Of a DNA stretch of 64,000 nt, positions 19,623-29,005 are shown one piece after another. A program made the position numbers and the translations under genes. The notes below the pieces were generated by a model. The model worked only from the letters and a program-made list of their open reading frames with translations. It did no database searches and was not told the DNA's origin. The stretch spans positions 392,849 through 456,848 of the forward strand of contig PCXY01000005.1 of NCBI GenBank assembly GCA_002762785.1, in the 5' to 3' direction. This DNA comes from Candidatus Woesearchaeota archaeon CG10_big_fil_rev_8_21_14_0_10_45_16 (GTDB lineage Archaea; Nanobdellota; Nanobdellia; Woesearchaeales; GW2011-AR9). Each line of letters opens with the position of its first letter. Positions within the stretch are counted from its first letter, which is position 1.

Positions 19623-20723
19623 CTACGGCAGCCAGGTCTTATGGTCTTTCAGTTTGTCGGGCAGGTATTTGTCGATGACGAAGTTTAATCCATGCTTAGC
19701 CAAAGCCTGCTGCTCCGCCCTGGCCTTCATCTTGATCTGCTGGTCAGCTGCTTTCTGCCATTCTTTGTAATGCTGTACGAAAGGATCATTTTTCAAGGCA
19801 TCCTTCGCCCGTTTGATATCGACATCTTTCAACGGATGTGTCGGCAGCTTGTAATCGATGATATCTTGTGGAGTGATACCGATATATTTTGCCTGCGGAA
19901 CACAGAAGTATTCATTGATGTGAGCAGCGTTTCCTGAACCTACTTTAAGGGTCCTATAAATATTGAAGTAACCATAAAAGTCTCCGTCACAAAATACATA
20001 CACTGGCAATTTATGGTCGTCAGCCAGTTTCCTGATAAATCTTCTACATGCTCTGGTCGGAACCCCACCCATGGAGATCAAGATGCAGTTGGCTTTCTTC
20101 CAGTAGCCGTGCTTGTTCAACCGTTCAAACATACCCGATGTTTCAATGGCTAACACGAACTTAGCCTTTGTCTTAAACTTCAGATGCTCTACTGATGAAG
20201 GAACTGAATAAGCACCTGAACCGAATTTAGTACAATCAATCTCTAAATCTTTTCCGGTATCTTGATCTTTATCGATCACAATCAACTCACCGGCCACGGC
20301 GCCGCCTTTCTCTTCCGGGATGAAGCCGATCTGTTCCCGGTTGACGGCCATCATCGCTTCGATATCGTCCATGACTGCATCTGATTCTGGTTGTTCTTTG
20401 AAACGGGCTTCGCCCCAGTTCTTAGAAACATAATATGCTTCCCTCTTAGTAGCGATGTCATCCGTTTCAACCAGATTTTTGGAAAGGTGCATCATCCGTA
20501 AAGTCTGGGCGAAAGTCTTGATGGTGGAAGCAGTAAGGGTCCTGGTCTTAGTCTTATCTAGCAGTTCAAAATAACCATCTTTGTCATTATATGTTACGTT
20601 GCTCAATGATCGTATCGGCATCTCCAGCTGCGGCTGTTTCTGCAGCAGGATGGTATTGTAGATCTTCTTCGCTACATCTTTGATCTTAAGTACAACTGGA
20701 TTGTTATCGTCTTTTTTTGCCAT
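19623..20723 (-). CDS. top6A: DNA topoisomerase VI subunit A
   Basis: REAYY catalytic Tyr, AIET and DGD TOPRIM motifs, AEQQA. Alternative start at 20735. Confidence 0.97.
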   Translation of the reverse strand: MAKKDDNNPVVLKIKDVAKKIYNTILLQKQPQLEMPIRSLSNVTYNDKDGYFELLDKTKTRTLTASTIKTFAQTLRMMHLSKNLVETDDIATKREAYYVSKNWGEARFKEQPESDAVMDDIEAMMAVNREQIGFIPEEKGGAVAGELIVIDKDQDTGKDLEIDCTKFGSGAYSVPSSVEHLKFKTKAKFVLAIETSGMFERLNKHGYWKKANCILISMGGVPTRACRRFIRKLADDHKLPVYVFCDGDFYGYFNIYRTLKVGSGNAAHINEYFCVPQAKYIGITPQDIIDYKLPTHPLKDVDIKRAKDALKNDPFVQHYKEWQKAADQQIKMKARAEQQALAKHGLNFVIDKYLPDKLKDHKTWLP

Positions 20724-20727
20724 GGTC

Positions 20728-22425
20728 TTAGTCATCTAAGGTTGTCTGCTTGTCTTTCTCTGACTTCTTATCTTCTTCATCTTCATCGCCGCTGTCGTAA
20801 TCTTCGTCATCCCGGCCTATCTTAGCTAGTTCCGGATCGTAATCTGGATTATCGACGCTGATCTCTTCTAACTCTCCCCGAGTATGTTCCAATATCTCGC
20901 AGAGGTTGTCTTCCACTTTTTTCTTGTCGATATCGCTCAATTGGATTATCTCCTGCAGTGCTTCAGCCACGTGAGGGATATATTTTTCGATGTAGCTGCG
21001 TTTCTTAGATTCTTCTTTGATCCTGCGTTTCTTGTTGACAAATGATGCCAATTTTCGGCCGCATTCCTGCAAAGCCAGTCTGATCTCTTTGGTGATTTCA
21101 TTATAATTGGCCAGCGCTTCTTTTGATTCTGATGTAAATGGCACCCAGACGGAAGTCATGTGGACGACGATGATGCAAGGGCCGACAGGTAAAGAACTTT
21201 TGCTTTGCTGTAATCCATAAGAACGCCAGCTAGTTCCTTGGATGGAGCTGGTGATAGCACAAGCCCCTTGCTGATATAGTAACGGAACACGGTTAGCGAA
21301 GCGCATGATCCTGACAGTCTTGTCCCCTTCTTGTTCTCCGCCGTATGCTAATGATGCTTCGATGATAAACGGATTTCCACGGTAGACTGATGGCGGTCTG
21401 GTGGTCGCGCAGTAAAATTCTGCGTTGACTTCTTTTCTCAGACCTTTTTCTAATAATTCTGCGCCGATCGGCGAGATACAATCTGTCGGCGGGGCGATGA
21501 TCTTGGTCTTTTGGATGCCGTTGTAAAGGTTCTCGACCATCTCTCGGGTCATCTTCTTCGGCTTGGTATTAGGCAGTAAAGCTGAATTGGCGCAGATCTC
21601 TTTGGCCGTCCCTGGTCCGACCCGGACGAATTCGGTAGTCAAAAATTGCTGCAGGGTAACTGCGGCTGTCGATTCCAGCATCTTCATCAATCTTCCCAGT
21701 TCCACACCGTATGGATGCGGCTGGATCTCTTTCGGTTCTGGCGGCAATTCTTCTGCAGCTCTGGGGAAGATGATCTGGTTTGCTTCAGGATTAGTATAGA
21801 TGATGGTACAGTGCGGGTTGACGATGGCCGTCTCTTTCAGGTATTCATCGACAGACTGTCTTCCTTTATTGTAGCTGCCGTCCATGTCGATCTCGATCCT
21901 TGTCCCGTGTTCTTTGACTGCCCACTCTTCTTCAGTCTCTTCCATGATCTGCGGTTCGTTGGTCGTCGTGTTGATCTTAAGTTTTATCTTGGTAGCCGGC
22001 TTGTCCTTTGCCGTTTTAGAAGTGATGATGGCTGCTTTTCCAGTTGTCAGCTGTCCATACAATACTGCTGCGGAGATACCGATCCCTTGCTGACCTCTGG
22101 TGGCGGAAAGCTTGTGGAATTTGGAACCGTACAACAGTTTTGCGAAAATTTTTGGGATCTGCGCTTTGATGATCCCTGGTCCGTTATCTTCAACGACCAT
22201 CCTGAAGCGGGTCTCGCTCAACTGGATCAGCTCAACGTTAATCTCCGGCAGGATCCTGGCTTCTTCACAGGCGTCTAGAGCGTTGTCGACAGCCTCTTTT
22301 ACTGCGGTCATCAGCGCTCTTCGAGGGTTGTCAAAACCAAGGAGATGTCTGTTCTTCTCAAAGAATTCTGCGATAGAAATCTCACGATGTTTCTTGGCTA
22401 ATTCCTCGGCGCTCTTTTTTTCCAT
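20728..22425 (-). CDS. top6B: DNA topoisomerase VI subunit B
   Basis: [31 protein letters not shown] and VPFTSESKE motifs. Confidence 0.98.
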   Translation of the reverse strand: MEKKSAEELAKKHREISIAEFFEKNRHLLGFDNPRRALMTAVKEAVDNALDACEEARILPEINVELIQLSETRFRMVVEDNGPGIIKAQIPKIFAKLLYGSKFHKLSATRGQQGIGISAAVLYGQLTTGKAAIITSKTAKDKPATKIKLKINTTTNEPQIMEETEEEWAVKEHGTRIEIDMDGSYNKGRQSVDEYLKETAIVNPHCTIIYTNPEANQIIFPRAAEELPPEPKEIQPHPYGVELGRLMKMLESTAAVTLQQFLTTEFVRVGPGTAKEICANSALLPNTKPKKMTREMVENLYNGIQKTKIIAPPTDCISPIGAELLEKGLRKEVNAEFYCATTRPPSVYRGNPFIIEASLAYGGEQEGDKTVRIMRFANRVPLLYQQGACAITSSIQGTSWRSYGLQQSKSSLPVGPCIIVVHMTSVWVPFTSESKEALANYNEITKEIRLALQECGRKLASFVNKKRRIKEESKKRSYIEKYIPHVAEALQEIIQLSDIDKKKVEDNLCEILEHTRGELEEISVDNPDYDPELAKIGRDDEDYDSGDEDEEDKKSEKDKQTTLDD

Positions 22426-22464
22426 GATTCAAAGAAGGAAATGATGCATTTATAAAAATTGTGG

Positions 22465-22695
22465 TTAACGGTTAAGCCGGGTTAAACTATATACTGCTAA
22501 TGAAAGGATTATCAAAGAGAGCAAAGCCAACACTCCCGTCCCTGTCGATCCACCGCCGATAACCGCGCCAGTGATACCATTAGAATTATCAACAGTGTTC
22601 CCGACCAGAGCCGATAAAGAGAAGACGACGACGCTGATGACTACAAGAAACATCATCCCAGCCCTTTTAAGATCATTTACACTTTCACGTTCCAC
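22465..22695 (-). CDS. Small 2-TM protein with an ITGAVIG motif
   Basis: Two hydrophobic helices flanking GITGAVIG; start uncertain. Confidence 0.65.
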   Translation of the reverse strand: MERESVNDLKRAGMMFLVVISVVVFSLSALVGNTVDNSNGITGAVIGGGSTGTGVLALLSLIILSLAVYSLTRLNR

Positions 22696-22730
22696 AGGAC
22701 CAGTAAACGGTCGGAGATATAAAAACGTTG

Positions 22731-23261
22731 CTATCCGAAGATCATCTCTTTTTTCTTCTTCTCTAAGAAATGGTAGACAGTCTTGTGCATGGAACCTGAC
22801 AGCAGCATCGCCACCGCTTCTCTGGCTACCGCCACTTGTTGTGTTTCGCCGATGATACCGATGGTCTTGCCATAGACAGATATGTTCGTGTCAGTCAGCC
22901 GTTCGATCTCCTGCCGGGACTTGCCGCCTTTACCGATGACCCGGCCTTTCAGCCGTTGGATGGTGTTCTGGCTCTTGCCGGCCACGTCTTTCATGTCGAT
23001 CAATTCAAACGCATAATCAGTCTTAAGAAGGAATAAAGCTATCTTTGGGTTGAAACCGCGGGCGATGGCCTTGACGATCTCCCGGGTCGTGTAAAGGATG
23101 ATGCCGTCATCACCAGTTATCGTAACGTCGCCTTCTTTAGAGATGTCCAGCGAACAGCCGGTAGCATCTTCGATCTCTGTTTTGGTGATACCGTCTGTAC
23201 CGATAAGTACGGCTACCCGTTCTTCGGGAATCTTGAGTTCGTAGGAGAAGGTTTCTTCCAT
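22731..23261 (-). CDS. KH-domain pre-rRNA processing protein (Dim2/Pno1 family)
   Basis: LIGTDG and RLKGRVIGKGG KH motifs, AIARGF; adjacent to RIO1. Confidence 0.93.
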   Translation of the reverse strand: MEETFSYELKIPEERVAVLIGTDGITKTEIEDATGCSLDISKEGDVTITGDDGIILYTTREIVKAIARGFNPKIALFLLKTDYAFELIDMKDVAGKSQNTIQRLKGRVIGKGGKSRQEIERLTDTNISVYGKTIGIIGETQQVAVAREAVAMLLSGSMHKTVYHFLEKKKKEMIFG

Positions 23262-23263
23262 TC

Positions 23264-23974
23264 TTACTTCGAGCCGGTAATCCTTTTAAATACTTTCTCT
23301 TTATCTTTATGTATTCCTTGTTTCTCAAAGAAGCGTAGGACGTTGGTGATATCTCGTTCCAGCAACTCTTGTGAATTGGGGCTTTTTATCAGAGTTCCTT
23401 GTGAAAAGTCGATGATCACTGGCTTTTCATCAAGATTAAGGATGTTGAAAGAAGACAGATCTCCATGGATAAGACCACCTTTGTACATCTTTCTCATCTC
23501 TTTCAGCAGATCTTCCAGGAAAGCCGCTGGATCTTTTGGAGGGGCGTCTTTCAGAGGCGGCGCAGCTTCTTCTCCACCGATGAATTCTTCAACGATGATG
23601 TGGTTGCGCCAGGCCAATGCTTTAGGCACTCGCACTTTGCCTCTATCTGCTCGTAATAAGTTCTTATATTCCCTCTGGGTCCAGGAAAGGATGATCTGCC
23701 GCCGCTGGCTTTTGAGAAATTCATAGCGGGGGTCTTTCTTGATGTAGCCGAACATCCTTTTGAAGTCGCAGTTCTGCATACGGTAGATCTTGACGATGAC
23801 TCTCTCTTCTCCTTTTACGGCGACAAATACGTTGCTTTCTTTTCCTACTTTGAGCGGAGATACCAGTTCGTCGAAGACGCCTTTGCTCTGCAGGGTGAAA
23901 ATGGTGCGGTTGGTGAACTCGTCGAAGACGCCTTGCAGGGTCTTGAACCGTTCTTGATAGGTCAAAGTGGTCAT
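23264..23974 (-). CDS. rio1: RIO1-family serine kinase/ATPase
   Basis: GKESNVF, VKIY, IHGDLSSFNIL and IIDFSQ motifs. Confidence 0.93.
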   Translation of the reverse strand: MTTLTYQERFKTLQGVFDEFTNRTIFTLQSKGVFDELVSPLKVGKESNVFVAVKGEERVIVKIYRMQNCDFKRMFGYIKKDPRYEFLKSQRRQIILSWTQREYKNLLRADRGKVRVPKALAWRNHIIVEEFIGGEEAAPPLKDAPPKDPAAFLEDLLKEMRKMYKGGLIHGDLSSFNILNLDEKPVIIDFSQGTLIKSPNSQELLERDITNVLRFFEKQGIHKDKEKVFKRITGSK

Positions 23975-24046
23975 GGTCTCTTATTTTATGTATGAGCTTT
24001 TAATACTTCTGCCTAGATTAGAAACTACTGCCCAGTAACAAAACCA

Positions 24047-24063
24047 CCGAAAGGTTTAAATAT
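24047..24063 (+). promoter_or_regulatory. BRE + TATA promoter (CCGAAAGG TTTAAATA) with no CDS downstream
   Basis: Matches the archaeal consensus and the promoters at 48791 and 52961. Confidence 0.7.
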
Positions 24064-24084
24064 AAGCACTACAATTGAGTAGTA

Positions 24085-24140
24085 AACACCTCAAAACCAC
24101 CTCTTTTCCTCAGTAAGCCTCCGGGTTTACTGGGGTTTTT
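24085..24140 (+). ncRNA. Candidate ~55-nt small RNA (two CACCTC motifs, terminal hairpin, U-tract)
   Basis: Promoter upstream; 12-bp stem 24108-24135 with a C(UCCG)G loop followed by T5. Confidence 0.5.
24108..24140 (+). terminator. Hairpin plus oligo-T terminator-like element
   Basis: CCTCAGTAAGCC-TCCG-GGTTTACTGGGG-TTTTT. Confidence 0.6.
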
Positions 24141-24276
24141 ATAATCCTAAAATTTCACTTTTTTTTGTAAATTAAAAGTAAGATTGAGCTTTTTCTTGTG
24201 GTTTTGAGATTTCATAAAAACTGCCTCATTTTGGGTATCTGCCTAAAGCGCGGCACTTTATATTCTGAATAAAAGA

Positions 24277-24293
24277 CCGAATAATTTATAAAT
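24277..24293 (+). promoter_or_regulatory. BRE + TATA promoter for the dnaG leader
   Basis: CCGAATAA TTTATAAA, about 24 nt before the first stem. Confidence 0.7.
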
Positions 24294-24315
24294 GGAGCTC
24301 TCCCCCAGAAAAAAA

Positions 24316-24637
24316 GCCCGTCACGAGAGTACCTGTGGGAGCCCACGGCAAGTCCAAGCCATGAACATGGGGGTTAGTGGTACGGGCATCATACCTATTA
24401 CGATTTAGCAACAAAGTGGGGAAGTTTCCCACTCAAAAAAAACAGAAGGAAGAGCAGTTTAACTCTATCACATCATGATCATACCTCACGAATTCACCCG
24501 TACGAAACATCGTGAATAAGTCATTGACATCATGTCATAGTTTTTAGCATCTGCTCTTTCTACAGGAGGATAAAAATGGTATCAAAAAAACAAAGCTTTT
24601 TTTGGAACCTCCAGAAATCGCCAAGAGGTGATTTCTG
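24316..24637 (+). promoter_or_regulatory. Structured 5' leader of dnaG (multi-stem RNA with an SD-sequestering hairpin)
   Basis: At least six stems read by eye; see findings. Confidence 0.65.
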
Positions 24638-24638
24638 A
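24576..24638 (+). CDS. Putative 20-aa leader peptide MVSKKQSFFWNLQKSPRGDF
   Basis: AGGAGG at 24564-24569; stop overlaps the dnaG start (TGATG). Confidence 0.5.
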   Translation: MVSKKQSFFWNLQKSPRGDF

Positions 24639-25963
24639 TGGCTAAAATAAGCCCAGTAGCATCAAAATATATTGTTCATTCGACCATCACCATCGACGGG
24701 ATCGTCGACCGTCCTGACGTTATCGGGGCCATCTTCGGCCAGACTGAAGGATTGCTCGGCAACGATCTGGAACTGCGCGAACTGCAGCGTTCCGGCCGTA
24801 TCGGCAGGATTGAAGTGAACATGAGCACCAGTTCAGGCAAGACGCAGGGAGAGATCATCATCCCCAGTTCTTTAGACAAGACCGAGACGGCTATCGTGGC
24901 CGCAGCTTTGGAGATAATCCAGCGTATCGGCCCTTGTAATGCTAAGATTCATGTTGATAAGATCGAAGATGTCCGTACTAGCAAGCGACAGTTCGTCGTC
25001 CAGAGAGCGAAAGAGCTTTTGAGGATCCTTACTGAAAATACGCTGCCGGATTCACAGGAGATCTCTGATGAAGTATCTCAGTCGGTCAGGATGCAGGAAG
25101 TAGTCGAGTATGGTCCGGAAAAACTTACTGCTGGTCCAGCTATCGAGGAAGGTGACGAGATCGTTATCGTCGAAGGTAGAGCGGACGTACTGAATCTTCT
25201 GAAGCACGGCTTCAAGAACGCCATCGCTATGAACGGCACTTCTTGTCCAGCTACCATCAAAGAGCTGACTAAGCATAAGACTGCTACCGTCTTTGTTGAT
25301 GGTGATAGAGGCGGAAATCTTATCATCCGCGAGCTTATCAGCACCACTGAGATTGATTTTGTCTGTAAGGCTCCCGACGGAAAAGAGGTTGAAGAGCTTA
25401 CCAAGAAAGAGATCCATAAAGCTCTTCGCGGTAAGATCACAGCTGAACAGGCCAAGTTGGACATGGGTATCGATGATGACGGTTCTTTAAAGAACGATGA
25501 CATCTCCCTAAGCCAGCGTCCTCGTCTTGGCAATAACAACCGTCCAGCGCGTCCGCAGCAACTGCAGCGCCGCCCGGAAAATAGTCGTTCTTTCCAGCAG
25601 CCACGCGGCAGCCCTAGTCCACGCGAGCGGGAGAGTGCTCCGGCCGCTAGCAGACCGCCGCGAGATCGTCTTTCTGTCGATGAGAAGAAAAAACTCAAGC
25701 AGACGATGGAAGATCTCCTGGGAACAAGGGGAGCCTGCATCTTTGACGAGAAACTGAATGTCCTGGGAAAAGTGCCGATGAGCGAGCTGGAGACGACCAT
25801 CAAGAGCCTGAAAGGCGGCATCTATGCTATCGCCGTAGATGGAACTGTCGATGAGGATCTGGTCAATACGGCAGAGAAGTACGGTATCTCCCATGTCGCG
25901 GCCAGTGACAGCAAAGTCAAAGACAGCCGCCGGGTGAACATCGTCACTGATGGCCAGCTGTAA
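24638..25963 (+). CDS. dnaG: Archaeal DnaG (DnaG-like primase / exosome-associated protein)
   Basis: DVIGAIFGQTEGLLG, VEGRADV, DGDRGG and GKEVEEL motifs. Confidence 0.96.
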   Translation: MAKISPVASKYIVHSTITIDGIVDRPDVIGAIFGQTEGLLGNDLELRELQRSGRIGRIEVNMSTSSGKTQGEIIIPSSLDKTETAIVAAALEIIQRIGPCNAKIHVDKIEDVRTSKRQFVVQRAKELLRILTENTLPDSQEISDEVSQSVRMQEVVEYGPEKLTAGPAIEEGDEIVIVEGRADVLNLLKHGFKNAIAMNGTSCPATIKELTKHKTATVFVDGDRGGNLIIRELISTTEIDFVCKAPDGKEVEELTKKEIHKALRGKITAEQAKLDMGIDDDGSLKNDDISLSQRPRLGNNNRPARPQQLQRRPENSRSFQQPRGSPSPRERESAPAASRPPRDRLSVDEKKKLKQTMEDLLGTRGACIFDEKLNVLGKVPMSELETTIKSLKGGIYAIAVDGTVDEDLVNTAEKYGISHVAASDSKVKDSRRVNIVTDGQL

Positions 25964-26048
25964 TCTTTTATTTTTTCTTTCAACTTTTTCTTAGCTTCAG
26001 AACATTTTTTTCGATAGATTTATTATATCCTTTTCTTTCGATCTCTGC

Positions 26049-27392
26049 ATGGTGTTTGATGTTATCATCGGCAGAAGCAAAAAAGAGGTAGAAAAGTTCG
26101 GCAGGAAGGGTACGGTCTTCATCGCCAGGCAGTATGTCCAGATGGGCCAGACCACTTCGCTTTCTAACGATGTCTATCTTGATGTAGCCGGAGCGCACGT
26201 CGTGTTTATAGTCGGAAAGAGGGGATCAGGTAAGTCCTACACGATGGGTTCTATCGCCGAAGGCTTGGCCGACCTGCCGACTGAAGTAAGACAGAACCTT
26301 TCCATCGTATTGCTGGATACCATGGGCATCTACTGGACCATGAAGTATCCTAATTATGAAGATGCCGACCTGTTGAAACAATGGGGCATCGAACCGAAAG
26401 GACTGGATGTCAAGATCTATACGCCGACGGGTTTTTTCTATAAGTATCGGGATGAAGGGATCCCTACTGATTTTCCGTTCTCATTACGGCCGTTGGACGT
26501 CGACCCTTATGACTGGTGTCATGCTTTTAATCTTGATCCCAATTCGGCTGCCGGCGTCCTGATAACCAGGGTCGTCCAGGATTTTAACAAGAAGAAACAG
26601 AGCTACAGTCTGGACCAGCTGATAGCTGCCGTCAGGAACGACAAAGAAAGCGAGCACGTCACCGTCAGCGTCGTCGTCAACCAGTTCGAGAAAGCCAAAG
26701 GCTGGGAGATCTTTTCAGAAGAAGGCACGCTGCTGAAAGACATCATCGCTCCCGGTCAGGTAACGGTCTTGGATGTTTCTCCTTATGCGACGATGTCGTC
26801 CGGCTGGGAGATCAAGGCTTTGGTAGTTGGCATCATCTCCCGGACTTTGTTCCAGCAAAGGATGCTGGCCAGAAAGACGGAAGAGTTCAAGACCGTCGAT
26901 GCCGCTATGCATTATTTTTCAAAAGAAGTGGAAGAGAAGATGAGCGATCCGTTGGTGTGGCTTGCCCTGGACGAGGCGCACGAACTGCTGCCGCATGACG
27001 GCAAGACCGCCGCCTCTGACGCTTTGATAACTATCCTTCGCGAAGGCCGCCAGCCGGGAATCTCGTTGATCCTGGCGACGCAGCAGCCGGCTAAGATCCA
27101 TACGGATGTGATGACTCAAGCTGACACGGTGTTAGCCCATCGGTTGACGGCCCGGATGGATGTGGAGGCTCTCGGTCAGCTGACCCAGAGTTACATGAAA
27201 CACGGCCTCGTAGATGAGATCGACCATCTGCCCAGGGTTAAAGGTTCTGCAGTCATCTTTGACGATGCCAACGAACGGATCTTTCCGGTGCAGATGAAAC
27301 CAAGGTTCACCTGGCACGGCGGCGGCAGTCCGACTGCGCTGAAAGAAAGGAAGAATGATTACGAAAGGCAGTTGAAGTCGCTCCAAACATAG
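26049..27392 (+). CDS. HerA/FtsK-superfamily ATPase (DUF87 type)
   Basis: Walker A GKRGSGKS, Walker B LALDEAH, REGR and ATQQP motifs. Confidence 0.9.
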   Translation: MVFDVIIGRSKKEVEKFGRKGTVFIARQYVQMGQTTSLSNDVYLDVAGAHVVFIVGKRGSGKSYTMGSIAEGLADLPTEVRQNLSIVLLDTMGIYWTMKYPNYEDADLLKQWGIEPKGLDVKIYTPTGFFYKYRDEGIPTDFPFSLRPLDVDPYDWCHAFNLDPNSAAGVLITRVVQDFNKKKQSYSLDQLIAAVRNDKESEHVTVSVVVNQFEKAKGWEIFSEEGTLLKDIIAPGQVTVLDVSPYATMSSGWEIKALVVGIISRTLFQQRMLARKTEEFKTVDAAMHYFSKEVEEKMSDPLVWLALDEAHELLPHDGKTAASDALITILREGRQPGISLILATQQPAKIHTDVMTQADTVLAHRLTARMDVEALGQLTQSYMKHGLVDEIDHLPRVKGSAVIFDDANERIFPVQMKPRFTWHGGGSPTALKERKNDYERQLKSLQT

Positions 27393-27428
27393 AAAACGTT
27401 TAAATAACACTTGGTTCTTCTGCGATCC

Positions 27429-28094
27429 ATGGCGCAGATCAAGACTGTCTTGGCAAAGTACGTATTCTTGGACATCATCAGCTATTCTTACAAGCGGACA
27501 GTGGAAGCGCAGACCGACATCATCGCGGTGATGAACGATATCGTCCGCAAGACCCTGAAAAACCTTAAGATACCTGACACCAAACGTATCCTACTGCCGA
27601 CTGGTGATGGTATCTGCATCGCTTTACTGAATATCAACGAGCCGTATGACATCCATCTTGAAGTGGCCCTGTCTATCCTGAAAGGCATCTACGAGCACAA
27701 TAATTCTGAAGAGGACCCGATGCGGCAGTTCAACGTGCGTATCGGAGTGAACGAGAATACTGACAACCAAGTTATCGATGTCAACGGCAACAATAACATC
27801 GCCGGCGCTGGTATCAATGAAGCGCAGCGGATCATGGACCAGGGCGAAAAAGCGATGATCTTTGTTGGTCGTACGGTACATAGTCATCTAGCCCAGCGAG
27901 AAAAATACCAGGGTAAATTTAGAAAATACGACGCAGTCATCAAACATAACCTTAAGCTAGAAGTCTATCAGTTGATAGATTCTGAATTACTTTATCTTAA
28001 TTCGGACCAACCGAAAGCGTTAGAAGATTTTATGGACAAAATCAAGTCACATAAAGAAAAGTTTCAGAAAAGATTATTATTTAAAAATAATTGA
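27429..28094 (+). CDS. Standalone class III nucleotide cyclase
   Basis: FLDIISYS, PTGDG, RIGV and GAGINEAQRI motifs. Confidence 0.88.
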   Translation: MAQIKTVLAKYVFLDIISYSYKRTVEAQTDIIAVMNDIVRKTLKNLKIPDTKRILLPTGDGICIALLNINEPYDIHLEVALSILKGIYEHNNSEEDPMRQFNVRIGVNENTDNQVIDVNGNNNIAGAGINEAQRIMDQGEKAMIFVGRTVHSHLAQREKYQGKFRKYDAVIKHNLKLEVYQLIDSELLYLNSDQPKALEDFMDKIKSHKEKFQKRLLFKNN

Positions 28095-28100
28095 AAATAA

Positions 28101-29000
28101 TTACATCTTTTCTAATTTTGCAATCCTTTCTTCTATCGGCGGGTGAGTGCTGAATAGATTCCGCATGAATGATTTCTTTTCTTTTCTAAAAGGCGTAGAG
28201 ATGAACAGATGTGCTGTAGCCCGGTTAGCGTGATCCACCAACGGATCTGGATCGTCTTTGATCTTCTTTAAAGCGTCAGCCAGTCCTTTTGGATACCTTG
28301 TGAGCAAAGCTCCAGAAGAATCTGCCAGAAATTCTCTTTTTCGGGATATAGCTAGCTTGATGCATTCACCGATCAATGGCGAGAGGATGGCCAGAGCCAA
28401 CCCGACGATGATGAAGACGACCGTCAGCTGGTTGCTGTCCCGGTCTCTCCCCCGTCCACCCCAGAGAAAACTGCGAAGCAGGAAATCTGACAATAATACG
28501 GTGAGTCCGACCATAACTGAAGCGAGCATCATAACCCTGATATCATAATTTTTGATATGCGATAGTTCGTGTGCTAAAACACCCTCCAGTTCCAGACGGT
28601 TCATCTTCTCTAATAAGCCGGTAGTGACGGTGACGGAAGAATGTTCCGGACTCCTGCCGGTAGCGAAAGCGTTCAGGGCGCTGTCGTCGATGACATATAC
28701 TTTTGGTGGTTTGGGAAGTCCAGCAGCGATAGCCAGTCCTTCTACGGTGTTGATGAGATGGGTGTATTGCGGTTTCGTCGCTTCCTTAGCTCTGGTCATG
28801 GTCAGGATGGCGCCGCTTCCTCCGTAATAGCTGAACAGGAAATAGATTATGCCGATAAAGACAGCCAGACCGATACCGAAATAGCTGCTGCCGTAAAAGA
28901 AGCCGATCAGGAAGCCGAGAAAGATAACTAAGACAAAAAAGAAAAAGATCAATACTGCCGAACGCCTCTTGTTGGCAGCGATTTCCTCATAGATTCCCAT
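28101..29000 (-). CDS. htpX: HtpX (M48) zinc metalloprotease
   Basis: NAFATG, HELSH, SRKREFLAD and STHPP motifs. Confidence 0.95.
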   Translation of the reverse strand: MGIYEEIAANKRRSAVLIFFFFVLVIFLGFLIGFFYGSSYFGIGLAVFIGIIYFLFSYYGGSGAILTMTRAKEATKPQYTHLINTVEGLAIAAGLPKPPKVYVIDDSALNAFATGRSPEHSSVTVTTGLLEKMNRLELEGVLAHELSHIKNYDIRVMMLASVMVGLTVLLSDFLLRSFLWGGRGRDRDSNQLTVVFIIVGLALAILSPLIGECIKLAISRKREFLADSSGALLTRYPKGLADALKKIKDDPDPLVDHANRATAHLFISTPFRKEKKSFMRNLFSTHPPIEERIAKLEKM

Positions 29001-29005
29001 GGCTC

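Noticed and set aside
24415-24457. RNase P or SRP RNA (GGGGAAGTTTCCCAC, AACAGAAGG, GGAAGAGCAG resemble their conserved motifs)
   Set aside because: The motifs are too close together, are used in local stems, and do not build P4 or SRP helix 8. A covariance scan is still advisable.
21646-25821. Long antisense ORFs (21646-22278, 25078-25821, and similar ones elsewhere)
   Set aside because: They are shadows of well-supported genes on the opposite strand, with no motifs or promoters.
27429-28094. Pycsar defence system
   Set aside because: No adjacent cNMP-binding TIR or TM effector gene.
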